NCBI GenBank assembly: GCA_950097015.1
Contig: CATNEN010000001.1
Span: forward strand, 20,212,001 to 20,276,000
Source: Macrostomum hystrix
Taxonomy: Eukaryota; Animalia; Platyhelminthes
Direction of reading: 5' to 3'
DNA: 64,000 nt
Shown here piece after piece: positions 24,066-37,444 of the stretch. Each line of letters starts with the position of its first letter. Positions within the stretch are counted from its first letter, which is position 1. A model generated the notes under the pieces. It was not told the DNA's origin, searched no databases, and worked only from the letters and a program-made list of their open reading frames with translations. Both the position numbers and the translations under genes were made by a program.

Positions 24066-27000
24066 AATGTCTGATGGGGAATTGGGATCAGAGAACACTC
24101 ATGTCTGATGGGGAATTGGGATCAGAGAACACTCATGTCTAATGGGAATTGGGATCAGAGAACACTCATGTCTGATTGGGATTGGGATCAGAGAACACTC
24201 ATGTCTGATGGGGAATTGGGATCAGAGAACACTCATGTCTGATGGGGAATTGGGATCAGAGAACACTCATGTCTGATGGGGAATTGGGATCAGAGAACAC
24301 TCATGTCTGATGGGGAATTGGGATCAGAGAACACTCATGTCTAATGGGGAATTGGGATCAGAGAACACTCATGTCTGATGGGGAATTGGGATCAGAGAAC
24401 ACTCATGTCTGATGGGGAATTGGGATCAGAGAACACTCATGTCTGATGGGGAATTGGGATCAGAGAACACTCATGTCTGATGGGGAATTGGGATCAGAGA
24501 ACACTCATGTCTGATGGGGAATTGGGATCAGAGAACACTCATGTCTGATGGGGAATTGGGATCAGAGAACACTCATGTCTGATGGGGAATTGGGATCAGA
24601 GAACACTCATGTCTGATTGGGATTGGGATCAGAGAACACTCATGTCTGATGGGGAATTGGGATCAGAGAACACTCATGTCTGATGGGGATTGGGATCAGA
24701 GAACACTCATGTCTGATTGGGATTGGGATCAGAGAACACTCATGTCTGATTGGGATTGGGATCAGAGAACACTCATGTCTGATTGGGATTAGAATCAGAG
24801 AACACTCATGTCTGATGGGGAATTGGGATCAGAGAACACTCATGTCTGATGGGGAATCGGGATCAGAGAACACTCATGTCTGATGGGGAATTGGGATCAG
24901 AGAACACTCATGTCTGATGGGGAATTGGGATCAGAGAACACTCATGTCTGATGGGGAATTGGGATCAGAGAACACTCATGTCTAATGGGGAATTGGGATC
25001 AGAGAACACTCATGTCTGATGGGGAATTGGGATCAGAGAACACTCATGTCTGATGGGGAATTGGGATCAGAGAACACTCATGTCTGATGGGGAATTGGGA
25101 TCAGAGAACACTCATGTCTGATGGGGAATTGGGATCAGAGAACACTCATGTCTGATGGGGAATTGGGATCAGAGAACACTCATGTCTGATGGGGAATTGG
25201 GATCAGAGAACACTCATGTCTGATGGGGAATTGGGATCAGAGAACACTCATGTCTGATGGGGAATTGGGATCAGAGAACACTCATGTCTGATGGGGAATT
25301 GGGATCAGAGAACACTCATGTCTGATTGGGATTGGGATCAGAGAACACTCATGTCTGATTGGGATTAGAATCAGAGAACACTCATGTCTGATGGGGAATT
25401 GGGATCAGAGAACACTCATGTCTGATGGGAATTGGGATCAGAGAACACTCATGTCTGATGGGGAATTGGGATCAGAGAACACTCATGTCTGATGGGGAAT
25501 TGGGATCAGAGAACACTCATGTCTGATGGGGATTGGGATCAGAGAACACTCATGTCTGATGGGGAATTGGGATCAGAGAACACTCATGTCTAATGGGAAT
25601 TGGGATCAGAGAACACTCATGTCTGATGGGGAATTGGGATCAGAGAACACTCATGTCTGATGGGGAATTGGGATCAGAGAACACTCATGTCTGATTGGGG
25701 AATTGGGATCAGAGAACACTCATGTCTGATGGGGAATTGGGATCAGAGAACACTCATGTCTGATTGGGGAATTGGGATCAGAGAACACTCATGTCTGATG
25801 GGGAATTGGGATCAGAGAACACTCATGTCTGATGGGGAATTGGGATCAGAGAACACTCATGTCTGATGGGGAATTGGGATCAGAGAACACTCATGTCTGA
25901 TGGGGAATTGGGATCAGAGAACACTCATGTCTGATGGGGAATTGGGATCAGAGAACACTCATGTCTGATTGGGATTGGGATCAGAGAACACTCATGTCTG
26001 ATGGGGAATTGGGATCAGAGAACACTCATGTCTGATGGGGATTGGGATCAGAGAACACTCATGTCTGATTGGGATTGGGATCAGAGAACACTCATGTCTG
26101 ATTGGGATTGGGATCAGAGAACACTCATGTCTGATTGGGATTAGAATCAGAGAACACTCATGTCTGATGGGGAATTGGGATCAGAGAACACTCATGTCTG
26201 ATGGGGAATCGGGATCAGAGAACACTCATGTCTGATGGGGAATTGGGATCAGAGAACACTCATGTCTGATGGGGAATTGGGATCAGAGAACACTCATGTC
26301 TGATGGGGAATTGGGATCAGAGAACACTCATGTCTAATGGGGAATTGGGATCAGAGAACACTCATGTCTGATGGGGAATTGGGATCAGAGAACACTCATG
26401 TCTGATGGGGAATTGGGATCAGAGAACACTCATGTCTGATGGGGAATTGGGATCAGAGAACACTCATGTCTGATGGGGAATTGGGATCAGAGAACACTCA
26501 TGTCTGATGGGGAATTGGGATCAGAGAACACTCATGTCTGATGGGGAATTGGGATCAGAGAACACTCATGTCTGATGGGGAATTGGGATCAGAGAACACT
26601 CATGTCTGATGGGGAATTGGGATCAGAGAACACTCATGTCTGATGGGGAATTGGGATCAGAGAACACTCATGTCTGATTGGGATTGGGATCAGAGAACAC
26701 TCATGTCTGATTGGGATTAGAATCAGAGAACACTCATGTCTGATGGGGAATTGGGATCAGAGAACACTCATGTCTGATGGGAATTGGGATCAGAGAACAC
26801 TCATGTCTGATGGGGAATTGGGATCAGAGAACACTCATGTCTGATGGGGAATTGGGATCAGAGAACACTCATGTCTGATGGGGATTGGGATCAGAGAACA
26901 CTCATGTCTGATGGGGAATTGGGATCAGAGAACACTCATGTCTAATGGGAATTGGGATCAGAGAACACTCATGTCTGATGGGGAATTGGGATCAGAGAAC

Positions 27001-27244
27001 ACTCATGTCTGATGGGGAATTGGGATCAGAGAACACTCATGTCTGATTGGGGAATTGGGATCAGAGAACACTCATGTCTGATGGGGAATTGGGATCAGAG
27101 AACACTCATGTCTGATTGGGGAATTGGGATCAGAGAACACTCATGTCTGATGGGGATTGGGATCAGAGAACACTCATGTCTGATGGGGAATTGGGATCAG
27201 AGAACACTCATGTCTGATGGGAATTGGGATCAGGGAACACTCAC
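24066..27244. repeat. 34-bp minisatellite (GTCTGATGGGGAATTGGGATCAGAGAACACTCAT), ~3.2 kb, with a 1352-bp higher-order duplication
   Basis: About 94 copies; variant patterns recur at offset 1352 (ORFs at 24683/26035 and 25660/27012). Confidence 0.96.
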
Positions 27245-27474
27245 TCGGAAATCTAGCAGACAGACAGACGAAGATCGAAGTACTTTCGACAGTCGAACGA
27301 ATTCGTGTTTTTTTCTGCATGTCTCAGATTTCAGGATCGCAGACTGCTCAGAAAAAATGTGATGTCTGCTTGGTCTCGCGTGCATTGTCAGGATTTATCC
27401 AATTGACTCCAATCTAAATCAAATTCAATTATCTGCTCCGGTCTTAATTATCGATGCTATTTTCTGCGCCACAC
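27245..27474 (-). other. Putative (probably non-coding) exon between two minisatellite arrays
   Basis: Good acceptor CCCATTTCCTCTCTAG| and donor CGA|GTGAGT; stops in all three frames read from the acceptor. Confidence 0.4.
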
Positions 27475-27634
27475 CTAGAGAGGAAATGGGTGGGTCTGCC
27501 TGTCATTGTTTTCTCTAATGCTACATGAAATGCGAAACTTTATAGGTTCGCTTCCTCATTCCCAGGTGAGATCAAAGACAAAGCTCAATGAGTTAAGTCA
27601 TTTTGCCAGAACCAGATATCGACCAGATATTGTG

Positions 27635-29680
27635 GATCTGTGATCAAAGACTGCTCATGTTCATTTATGATCTGTGATCAAAGTCTGCTCATGTTAATTT
27701 ACGATAATCTGTGATCAAAGACTGCTCATGTTCACTGAGGATCTGTAATCAAAGACTGCTCATGTTCATTTATGATCTGTGATCAAAGTCTGCTCATGTT
27801 AATTTATGATCTGTGATCAAAGTCTGCTCATGTTCATTTATGATCTGTGATCAAAGTCTGCTCATGTTAATTTACGATAATCTGTGATCAAAGACTGCTC
27901 ATGTTCACTGAGGATCTGTAATCAAAGACTGCTCATGTTCATTTATGATCTGTGATCAAAGTCTGCTCATGTTAATTTACGATAATCTGTGATCAAAGAC
28001 TGCTCATGTTAATTTACGATAATCTGTGATCAAAGACTGCTCATGTTCATTTATGATCTGCGATCAAAGACTGCTCATGTTCATTTATGATCTGCGATCA
28101 AAGACTGCTCATGTTCATTTATGATCTGCGATCAAAGTCTGCTCATATTCATTTATGATCTGCGATCAAAGTCTGCTCATATTCATTTATGATCTGCGAT
28201 CAAAGACTGCTCATATTCATTGAGGATCTGTGATCAAAGACTGCTCATGTTCATTTATGATCTGCGATCAAAGACTGCTCATGTTCATTTATGATCTGCG
28301 ATCAAAGTCTGCTCATGTTCATTTATGATCATCTGTGATCAAAGACTGCTCATGTTCATTTATGATCTGCGATCAAAGTCTGCTCATGTTCATTTATGAT
28401 CATCTGTGATCAAAGACTGCTCATGTTCATTTATGATCTGTGATCAAAGACTGCTCATGTTCATCTATGATCTGTGATCAAAGTCTGCTCATGTTCATTT
28501 ATGAACTGTGATCAAAGACTGCTCATGTTCATTTATGATCTGTGATCAAAGACTGCTCATATTCATTTATGATCTGTGATCAAAGTCTGCTCATGTTCAT
28601 TTATGATCTGTGATCAAAGACTGCTCATGTTCATTTATGATCTGTGATCAAAGACTGCTCATGTTCATTTATGATCTGTGATCAAAGTCTGCTCATGTTC
28701 ATTTATGATCATCTGTGATCAAAGACTGCTCATGTTCATTTATGATCATCTGTGATCAAAGACTGCTCATGTTCATTTATGATCTGCGATCAAAGTCTGC
28801 TCATGTTCATTTATGATCATCTGTGATCAAAGACTGCTCATGTTCATTTATGATCTGTGATCAAAGACTGCTCATGTTCATCTATGATCTGTGATCAAAG
28901 ACTGCTCATGTTCATTTATGATCTGTGATCAAAGACTGCTCATGTTCATCTATGATCTGTGATCAAAGTCTGCTCATGTTCATTTATGAACTGTGATCAA
29001 AGACTGCTCATGTTCATTTATGATCTGTGATCAAAGTCTGCTCATGTTCATTTATGATCTGTGATCAAAGTCTGCTCATGTTCATTTATGATCTGTGATC
29101 AAAGTCTGCTCATGTTCATTTATGATCTGTGATCAAAGTCTGCTCATGTTCATTTATGATCATCTGTGATCAAAGTCTGCTCATGTTCATTTATGATCTG
29201 TGATCAAAGACTGCTCATGTTCATTTATGATCTGTGATCAAAGACTGCTCATGTTCATTTATGATCTGTGATCAAAGACTGCTCATGTTCATTTATGATC
29301 TGTGATCAAAGTCTGCTCATGTTCATTTATGATCTGTGATCAAAGACTGCTCATGTTCATTTATGATCTGTGATCAAAGACTGCTCATATTCATTTATGA
29401 TCTGTGATCAAAGTCTGCTCATGTTCATTTATGATCTGTGATCAAAGACTGCTCATGTTCATTTATGATCTGTGATCAAAGACTGCTCATATTCATTGAG
29501 GATCTGTGATCAAAGACTGCTCATGTTCATCTATGATCTGTGATCAAAGTCTGCTCATATTCATTGAGGATCTGTGATCAAAGACTGCTCATGTTCATCT
29601 ATGATCTGTGATCAAAGTCTGCTTATTTTCGTTTATGATCTGTGATCAAGGCTGCTCATATTCGTTTATTATCTGTGACC
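27635..29680. repeat. 34-bp minisatellite (GATCTGTGATCAAAGACTGCTCATGTTCATTTAT), ~2 kb
   Basis: About 60 copies with 37-bp variants. Confidence 0.96.
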
Positions 29681-30045
29681 TGTGATTCGTAGGCAGTACA
29701 TTTCAGCGGTATATTAATTGGGTTGGGTTGGGTTGAGTGATTCAACAGTAAATGTTTTGCGAAGAATAACCTATTTTTGTTTTTTCACGGTATATTTTGA
29801 ACACTAAACAGAATTGTGATAAGACATATCACAAACTATAAATATGATGACTTTCAGTAGTTCGAAGCCAATAGAGCCGAAAGCATTTATGATTTGATTA
29901 TTTCATCCGATCGCATTATAGCAGTCAAGTTGGTAACTGTTTTTGTGAATCGTTTTGCAGACAGAAAACACATATTTCCAAGCTAGTTCTTGGAGATGAA
30001 ACTTTCAAGGGGTCATCAGAAGTTGATTGGCAATGAGAATTGTTA

Positions 30046-30414
30046 TCAATTGCCCGACTTCTTCTGAGCTCCGTAGCAGGCAATGGGGTGATAGTAGTTG
30101 ATGCACCTGTAATAGTCTCTGGCCCGCTTGTTCAAGACCACACGAAGCAAGCCCAAAGCGCCTTCACCGTTCTGAGCATCCCTGGACTGCACCTGGAGAA
30201 GATTGTGATAATCTCAGAGCTGATTTCATTTGTTATATTCAAAGTAGCATTGGTTGGAGATTAAAAGAGTGCTCACAGGATCCAAGCGAGACTGCAGCAT
30301 CATCGGCCGGTCCTCATTCGTCACCTTCGGCAGGGGAAGAGACTGAGTCGTGCTCAAATTAGCAGCCAGGCAAATCAGAACGGTAGCGAAGGCTGTAATT
30401 AGACTTTGGTTCAT
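30046..30414 (-). CDS. Secreted neuropeptide precursor, 94 aa, allatostatin-C/somatostatin-like. Exons 30414-30277, 30192-30046
   Basis: Signal peptide MNQSLITAFATVLICLAANLSTTQS; phase-0 intron (CCT|GTGAGC..CTCCAG|GTG); exon 2 reads ..VLNKR-ARDYYRCINYYHPIACYGAQ-KK-SGN*, with dibasic sites flanking a two-Cys peptide. Confidence 0.85.
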
Positions 30415-30499
30415 GTCTCTGCAGTTACGAATCTAACTCGATGGACTCAACTAGATTTTCTATTGGGAGGTGAGAATTCGCTGGTGCTTCTGGTCCTGC

Positions 30500-30570
30500 T
30501 TCTTATAGACTTTGGAGCACGGGCTAGATATGGGCTCAATGAGTCGCTCCGGCAAAGCTGCCATTGGTCA
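30500..30570 (-). promoter_or_regulatory. Candidate TATA (TATAAGA) and CCAAT boxes of the neuropeptide gene
   Basis: TATAAGA at ~30507-30501 (~90 bp upstream of the ATG) and CCAAT at ~30567-30563. Confidence 0.4.
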
Positions 30571-30594
30571 AAAAAGCTAATAATCGAACAATAT

Positions 30595-30815
30595 TATTTT
30601 ATTATTATACGCCTGCCCCATTTGGGTCAGATGTTGATGTTGGGTCACCCAACCGCAATCAACCCCAGCTGATGCTGACTAGTACCCATTTAACATCCCG
30701 GTGAACTAAAGCAATGCATAGTTAACCCACATAAAGAAGTCACAAATTGTTCCATTGGAGTCAAGAATCGAACCCTTGACGTTCAGTTCGACGCTCTAAA
30801 AACTAGGAAGCCATC
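30595..30815 (-). mobile_element. SINE family B copy
   Basis: GAATCGAACCC (B-box reverse complement) and GTACCCATTTAAC..GGTGAACT..GCAATGCA core. Confidence 0.68.
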
Positions 30816-30944
30816 AGCATTTCTAGTGTCCTTTATTTGCATTGCTGTATTATTACTTGTCAAGTTATAATTGCCTTACAAAGGTTTATTATTCGGTCAA
30901 TGTCTTAGCTTATTGTCTCTATGCTTCATCTACAGCAATCTATA

Positions 30945-31160
30945 GCAAAGGTTGGCAAACTCCGACCCGCGGGCCAGATGCGGCCCTCGATGCTCCCAAA
31001 TACGGCCCGTTGCCCCTTCCGACACCTACAGTATCGATCCTGTCTCATCTCTCCTCAGTCTCATCTGTCCTGTGTCTTATATTTCCCTTGTCTCATGTCT
31101 CTCTGCCGTCTCATCTCTCCCTGTCCCATCTCTTCTCTGTCTTATCCCTCGCCTTTATAT
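30945..31160 (+). mobile_element. hAT/Charlie-like MITE terminus
   Basis: CAAAGGTTGGCAAACTCCGACCCGCGGGCCAGATGCGGCCC resembles Charlie-type termini; a second copy lies at 16522. Confidence 0.55.
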
Positions 31161-31459
31161 ATTAGATTTATATATACAAGTATAATCAGTTTTGAGGAAG
31201 GCTCGGAATATTGCAATTTGTTGTCACAGTAAGCGGTCTTGCACTTTAGTACAGACGCAGTTTGAACTAATTCAAAAATAAATTGTGATATATATAGGGC
31301 CTGTTGAAGTTTATACGCTTACATCAACGTTAGTGTTGCAGCGGTTGAGATAAAAAGAAGATTACTAACTGTAGGTGGCAGCTATGCTGGTTTTGAGGAA
31401 GCTACTAGAAAATTAAATAGTATGAGTACAGGTTTGGTTTATGGTGGGATTTCGCTGCG

Positions 31460-31652
31460 TACAGTTCACAGAGTTCACAATGTTCACAGAGTTTACAATG
31501 TTCACAGAGTTCACAATGTTCACAGAGTTCACAATGTTTACAGAGTTCACAATGTTCACAGAGTTCACAATGTTCACAGAGTTCACAATGTTCACAGAGT
31601 TCACAATGTTCACAGAGTTCACAATGTTCATAGAGTTCACAATGTTCACAGA
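31460..31652. repeat. 18-bp tandem repeat (GTTCACAGAGTTCACAAT) just 3' of the ABCA stop
   Basis: About 10 copies. Confidence 0.95.
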
Positions 31653-31671
31653 GCTGTTATTATGTTTTTTG

Positions 31672-34600
31672 CTATTCACTAGACACACGAGATCCAGAGA
31701 TGCTGTGATCTTTTATGTCCTCGTGCTCTTTGATCAGTCTAACAAACACTTGATCCAGCGACATTTGATAGAATGTAAAATACTGGATGCCCATGTTAGA
31801 CTTCTGGGCAGTTAGCCACGCCAGGGCTTCCGACAGGCTGCCGATAGATTCCTGCGGCACCAAAATCTGCACGCGGTTGGCCAGCTCTTCAGAAACTTTT
31901 GCCAGCGGGAATTTTCCGATGACGGTGTTGATCACTTTGCGTCTTTTCTCCTGCTCTCTGTTAGCGTCATCTTTGATTTCTGATTCAATCAGAGCATCTA
32001 GGTTATAGGCGTGACCGTATCTGGAATTAGAATGAATTTTAATGTCTCAATGGCTAATGCCTCTATTGTATGCCATGCTTCCATAGCATAAAATTATCAT
32101 GACATCAGAACGATTTTAAAGTACTCAAAACATTTTATTATCAAGGACGCAGAAATTGGGCGTACCGGCTCCGCAGCTGTTGAATAGTTCCAAAAGCGAT
32201 CATGTGGCCTTGATTCATGATTCCCACACGACTGCACAGGGCCTCCACCTCCTCCATGCTGTGCGTGGTCACCACCACGGTTCGCTGCTCATTGACCATG
32301 CCGCGAATCGCGCTCCAGATCAAGCGCTTCGCCTCCGGGTCAACGCCGGTTGAAGCTTCGTCGATCACCACTAGCGCCGGATTGCCAAGTAGCGCAATGG
32401 CCAGGCAGAGGCGTCGCTTGTTACCACCAGACAGTTGCTCAGCCTGCTTTGACTTGTGCTCACTCAGACCCAGTCCGTTCACAAGGTTCGGGATCTGCTT
32501 TGCAGCGACACTAGATTCGACACCTCGAATTTTCGAATAGAACTCAAGGTGCTCAACCACAGTGATGCGGTCGAACAACGGGTTGTGCTGCGGACAATAG
32601 CCAACGGCGCCATTTACAGCAGCTCTCCTCCCAGACATCCACTGGTCATTGGAGTACACTTCGCAGCTTCCGCTAGTCGCCACCTCCTCGCCCACCGCAA
32701 TGGACAGGGTTGTTGTCTTTCCGGCTCCATTCGGTCCGAGGAGACCAAAAATCTCCCCAGAGATGGCACCAAACGACACGCCTTTCACAGCCATCACTCC
32801 GTTTCCATACATTTTTTTCAGATTGCGAACCTCCAACACGTGTTCTGTGTTTCTAGAAGTTCTATTAACTCTCTCAATCTCCTGCTCCACACCTCCATCC
32901 GTGCTCTTGTTCAGCATCAGATTCTGGTGTCTCTTCTTTCTGCAGACATTGCGGCACAGAAACGCAATTTCTGACCGATTCTCCATGACAGCAATAAACG
33001 CAGCCAGCAGAACAATGTGCACAATCATAGCCAAAAGTGAGTGAATCACGCATGGATGCGAGAAAAACATGCTGATTTGATTTGGTACCTGGCTGACATC
33101 CTGGAGTTCGTAGTACGAAGTAGCGTAGAGAGAAACCTTGACACCAAAGTAGACCAGTGATACAGTTGCGAAAGGAGGTACAAGCCAAATTGCTCTTATA
33201 CTTGCCACGTAGTTCTCCTGAAAAACTATTACAAAAAAAGTAAGCCAAATCATAAGAAAGAAATATGTTCCAGTAGTGATAGGATTTGGCTTCTTAAACA
33301 ACACTCCGATGGCATAGACGGACAGCTGGTTGCTTGTGCAGCCGAGAAATAGGCATGGAAGAAATATTCCGATGAGGAAAAAGGTGTTTCCATAGTTGCT
33401 TGGAATAATGACGGCATGCAGAGTGGCTGCTAAAATGACAAACACTGCGTATTGGCACCAGTGGAGCAAGAAAGTGTTGAACCAGTATCCAGTGCTGCCC
33501 ATTCCCATCGAGCGAAGATGGTAGCGAACTTTCGAGTCTTTGTCTTCGAGTGGATCGCTGATATACGTCACGGGAACTATGGAGAACAATATCGCAAATA
33601 TAAATATTCCGATAACAGGAAAAAATTTTTCTTGATAACTCAACATTTCAACTGTCGAAATTGAGTTATAAAAATCGATGCTCTTAAAAAAAATGCTGAT
33701 TTTCGAGAATGCTCGAATCAGGTACTCAAACTTCCTGGTTTTTTCAGACGAAATCACCATCATGTTCTTCGAGTACACACCAACATGTACTTTACGATTT
33801 CGCGCGAAGTTGGATTGGCTCCATGAATCCGAATACACAATCAGACACAATCCATCATCGGACCTGCATGAACTATTAAACTGCCGCAAGCTATCTTCTT
33901 GAATAAGAAAGGTTCCTAAATCAGTGGATTGCTTTTTTTTCAGGAGCACAATATTGACGCACGAAACTAATCCAAACATTTTACAGCATATCGACTCGCT
34001 CATTTGACTTTGATCTTCATGGTCCTGGATGCAAAAAGCGCCATCAATGTCGCCTAGATGGGCTGTATTTCTTCTGATCGGCTGAATCTCTCGGGGCAAG
34101 CTTTTCTCTACATAGAGGGATGCAAGAATGGCAATCAGAAGAATGGCTGGGAATATGAATCGGCAGCACAACTTCAGCTTTGCCCTTCTTAGCCGTACAA
34201 GATTCAGCTTCATCAGGGCACTAAACTGTTGTGACGCACTAACTGATGACAAGCTGGTTTCCTGAGACCCAAGAAGTACCTGCAAATCCTTCTGCACCTG
34301 AATGCTAACACTCGCTGGATGCTCTGCGAAGCTGCTCAGCTGCCCAGATTGGAAGGCCTCCTCGATTTGTGCAACATTCACATCCTTCAGTCTCATGAAA
34401 ATGTCGTCCAGTGAAGCTTGAGACAAGCCGAATGCCTCCACCTGATCAGATTTAGCTTCGAGCACTTTTACTACGCCAGGCAGAGCATCGGATTCAGTAG
34501 CTGGTAGAATGAACTCCATCTCAGTACGGGACTGGTTCTGGAGCTTGAGGAATTGACTGGCAGTGCGCAGATCAGATAGCAAGTTTTCTGCCAATTGCTC

Positions 34601-37444
34601 AGACTTTACTGACACATTCAAAATGAAGCCACATCCGAAGGCATGCTTCAGGAACAGAGACGATCCGGCACATATCAGGGAGCCGCTGGACAAGAATATC
34701 TTGCGATCCGCCAGAATGTCGGCTTCATCCATGAACTGAGTGCAGAGCACGATGCAACGGCCGACCTTGTACTCTTGGAGTATCTGCCAAAGCCGACGGC
34801 GGGAAACAGGATCGAGTCCACTGGTTGGCTCGTCAAGGTATATCACCTTGGGATCACCGATCAGAGCGAGAATCGTACAGAGCTTTCTCTTCTGTCCTCC
34901 GCTCAGATCGGTTGCCCGCTTTCCTACTTTTTTATTCAGCTCAAGTCTCGATAGCAAATCTGACACCTCCGACTTTCGTTCGTCAAGGCTGAAGCCACGG
35001 CTATTCAGAGTTAGCTCGACGCACTGCATGACAGTCAGGTCACTGCAGAGAATGTCGGTTTGATGGCATATGCCGAGCTGGCCACGAAGGTTCAGACGTT
35101 GAAAGGGGTCCGTCACAGTCCAGCCGTCAATGGTGACGTGTCCCTTGGTTGGAGTTTCTGCTCCGGTTAGAATTTTGAGCAGCGTTGTCTTTCCGGCTCC
35201 ATTGTGTCCAATCAGAGCTGTAATTTGACTGTCGTATAGTGTGCCTGCAAAGGAATAACGGGTGATGGGTTTCAAGTGACTGTTGATGGCCAGTGTGTAT
35301 AACTGAACAGTAGAACTACCAAGGGGGATTCCCCCGCCCCCTGACAATTATTTTTTCTGCACCCAAACGGAGCAATGCAAGCACACGAAACGCAAGAAAA
35401 CTCGCCAACTTTTTGTTGCGCATCTTCTGAAACAAGAATCAAGTCGTCAGCTCTCCAGTCCGTCGAGATTTCAATGGTTCTTGCCGAAGGTCGGAATTTT
35501 CCAATAAGCGGCAGCGTGTTACATACAATCCTTACATGAATTTGCACTGCGCCTCTGTACGGCCCTGCCAGGCCTTCAAACTTTATCAGCACGTCACCCG
35601 AATGTGACTGCATTATCTCAGTCTTCGGTGGTCACCTGCCTTTATCTAGACAGACTGCAGGACCTTCAAGGGCTACAACAGGCGGAACTAGGCCACTATG
35701 GACAAGCTAACGCGAATTTCCCATATTTCACTGACCGAATAAATATTAGACGCAGCTCAACCACAGGACAGTCTAATCTGTCAAGCAATCAGTCATTCAT
35801 GCACTGTCCAAAAAAATTTCGGGGGGAAACCTCTGGTATAAAAACTGACGGCAAAAGCGCTTGGTAGTCCTACTGTTAATGACCGAACAGAAGAATATAA
35901 ATAGAAACAGGAAAAACAGCCAACTTACATGACACCCTGTTTAGGGCTAAAACTTTCTGCCCGCTGATGCATGGACACATCTTTCTGTAGGTTTTTTCAA
36001 CAGCTCTCACTTTAATTCTGGGCTCCAACTGCTCTGATACAGGCTCGATGTTGGGTCGATTGAGGTTTGACTCACTGTCTGTCAACGGAGTCTGTGGAGC
36101 ACTTTGCTTTGTCCAAAATCCGCATTGGAAGAGAAATGACCATGGAAGTCGATACCCGTTTCCATTGTCTGCGATAAAGTCTGCGTATAGACCTACCAGC
36201 ACTAGCAGAATTGTAATCAAGATGCTTACCGTGAAGATCGCTAGGTGATATCCAGACAGTGAAGAGTTTTTAGCCAGCAAGTGAATTAGTATCTCGCCTA
36301 TGTGACTAAGTGGAAACAAAATTAGGAGGGCGATCTTTTCATTTGTGACTTCACCGCTTGAGCCAACTTGAATGGATGGCATGAATACGACGTGGACAAC
36401 CGTCAGCAGCACCATTAGAAGGATTAAAATAAAAAACGACTTAATAAGCGAGCTCAGCAGGTAGCCAACCGCGGAAATATAGATTCCGAGCAGCACGATC
36501 ATAAAAAATGTCAGCACCAAGTTTCCAGGTGAATAGATGTCGCATTGCAGTTGAAAAGCCAGCACACCAACTACTCCAAACACAACCATCTCCAAGATTG
36601 TCAGGAACCATACCGCGCTCCAGAACGCACCCGCTGAGAGACCGTTCTGATGCATGAGCTGCAGAAATCCGTCTTGCTTGAGCCGACTGACGCAAGACAC
36701 GTTGCCCAGGGTCACGTAAAATATTAGGCCTGTTGTTACCAGAACCATTTGGAAGCCGAGGACAAATGGAAAAACGCTTTGATGATTGAATCCGTTGTTC
36801 TTCGAACACACCGAATTTTTAGCTCCGAATCGCTCATCGACGTTTTCCCCAAATCTTTGGTTTCTGGACTCCGATTGACGAAGTGCTGGGTTAATCAAGG
36901 TGAAAAACGTAACGCTTTGAAATACAGATTCGGCTTCTGGTTTCTGAGCTAGCGACTGTGCAACAAGATGCAACAAGAAAGAGCATCCGAGCACGTAATT
37001 CTCCGTCCCCAAGCAAGTGACAGTCTTGTTGATCGGACTGTGATCTTCGAAATCTACTTGGCTAATGTCGTGCGACCCAGAGGAGCTATGCAAAGCGCGA
37101 AAAAATTTGTCCTTACAGTCTTTCTTCGAGTTGCAGTCTAAGAACCATTGGTTTGCGCTCGCTGAAGCTGGGCTTTGTCGATTGGCAATGATGCTTAGCA
37201 TCGTCTTAACCTCAGGCAGCTGAGAATTGGCTACGACGCGAGTGTTCTTCACGAATTCATCTGCGCCAAATGTTTCGAGACCGACTCGCGACTCGCCGCT
37301 TGGAGTTACTTGGTTCTCCAGTAGCGGGTAAAGATAAATGTTGGACACTAGACAGGCGATCGGAACTACACACAGTAGGAAGCGATAAGATTTCAACACT
37401 AGGAGCAATTTTAGCAGGAACAAAGCCTGCCGCAAAGCTGCCAT
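31672..37444 (-). CDS. Full-length ABC transporter subfamily A (ABCA5/6/8/9-like), ~1647 aa. Exons 37444-35929, 35244-32166, 32020-31672
   Basis: TMD-NBD-TMD-NBD architecture: GHNGAGKTT, LSGGQKRKL, YLDEPTSGLDP, TQFMDEADILADR; GPNGAGKTT, LSGGNKRRL, IDEASTGVDP, TTHSMEE; SLDQVF. Splice phases 1 and 2 are consistent. Confidence 0.93.

Noticed and set aside
24066-29680. CRISPR-like arrays (30-35 bp repeats)
   Set aside because: Units are contiguous with no unique spacers, there are no cas genes, and the context is eukaryotic.
35272-35613. 113-aa ORF inside ABCA intron 1, and the N-terminus of the 1068-aa ORF
   Set aside because: Non-ATG start and no recognisable domain; the ABCA reading frame is fully explained by the 35929-to-35244 splice.
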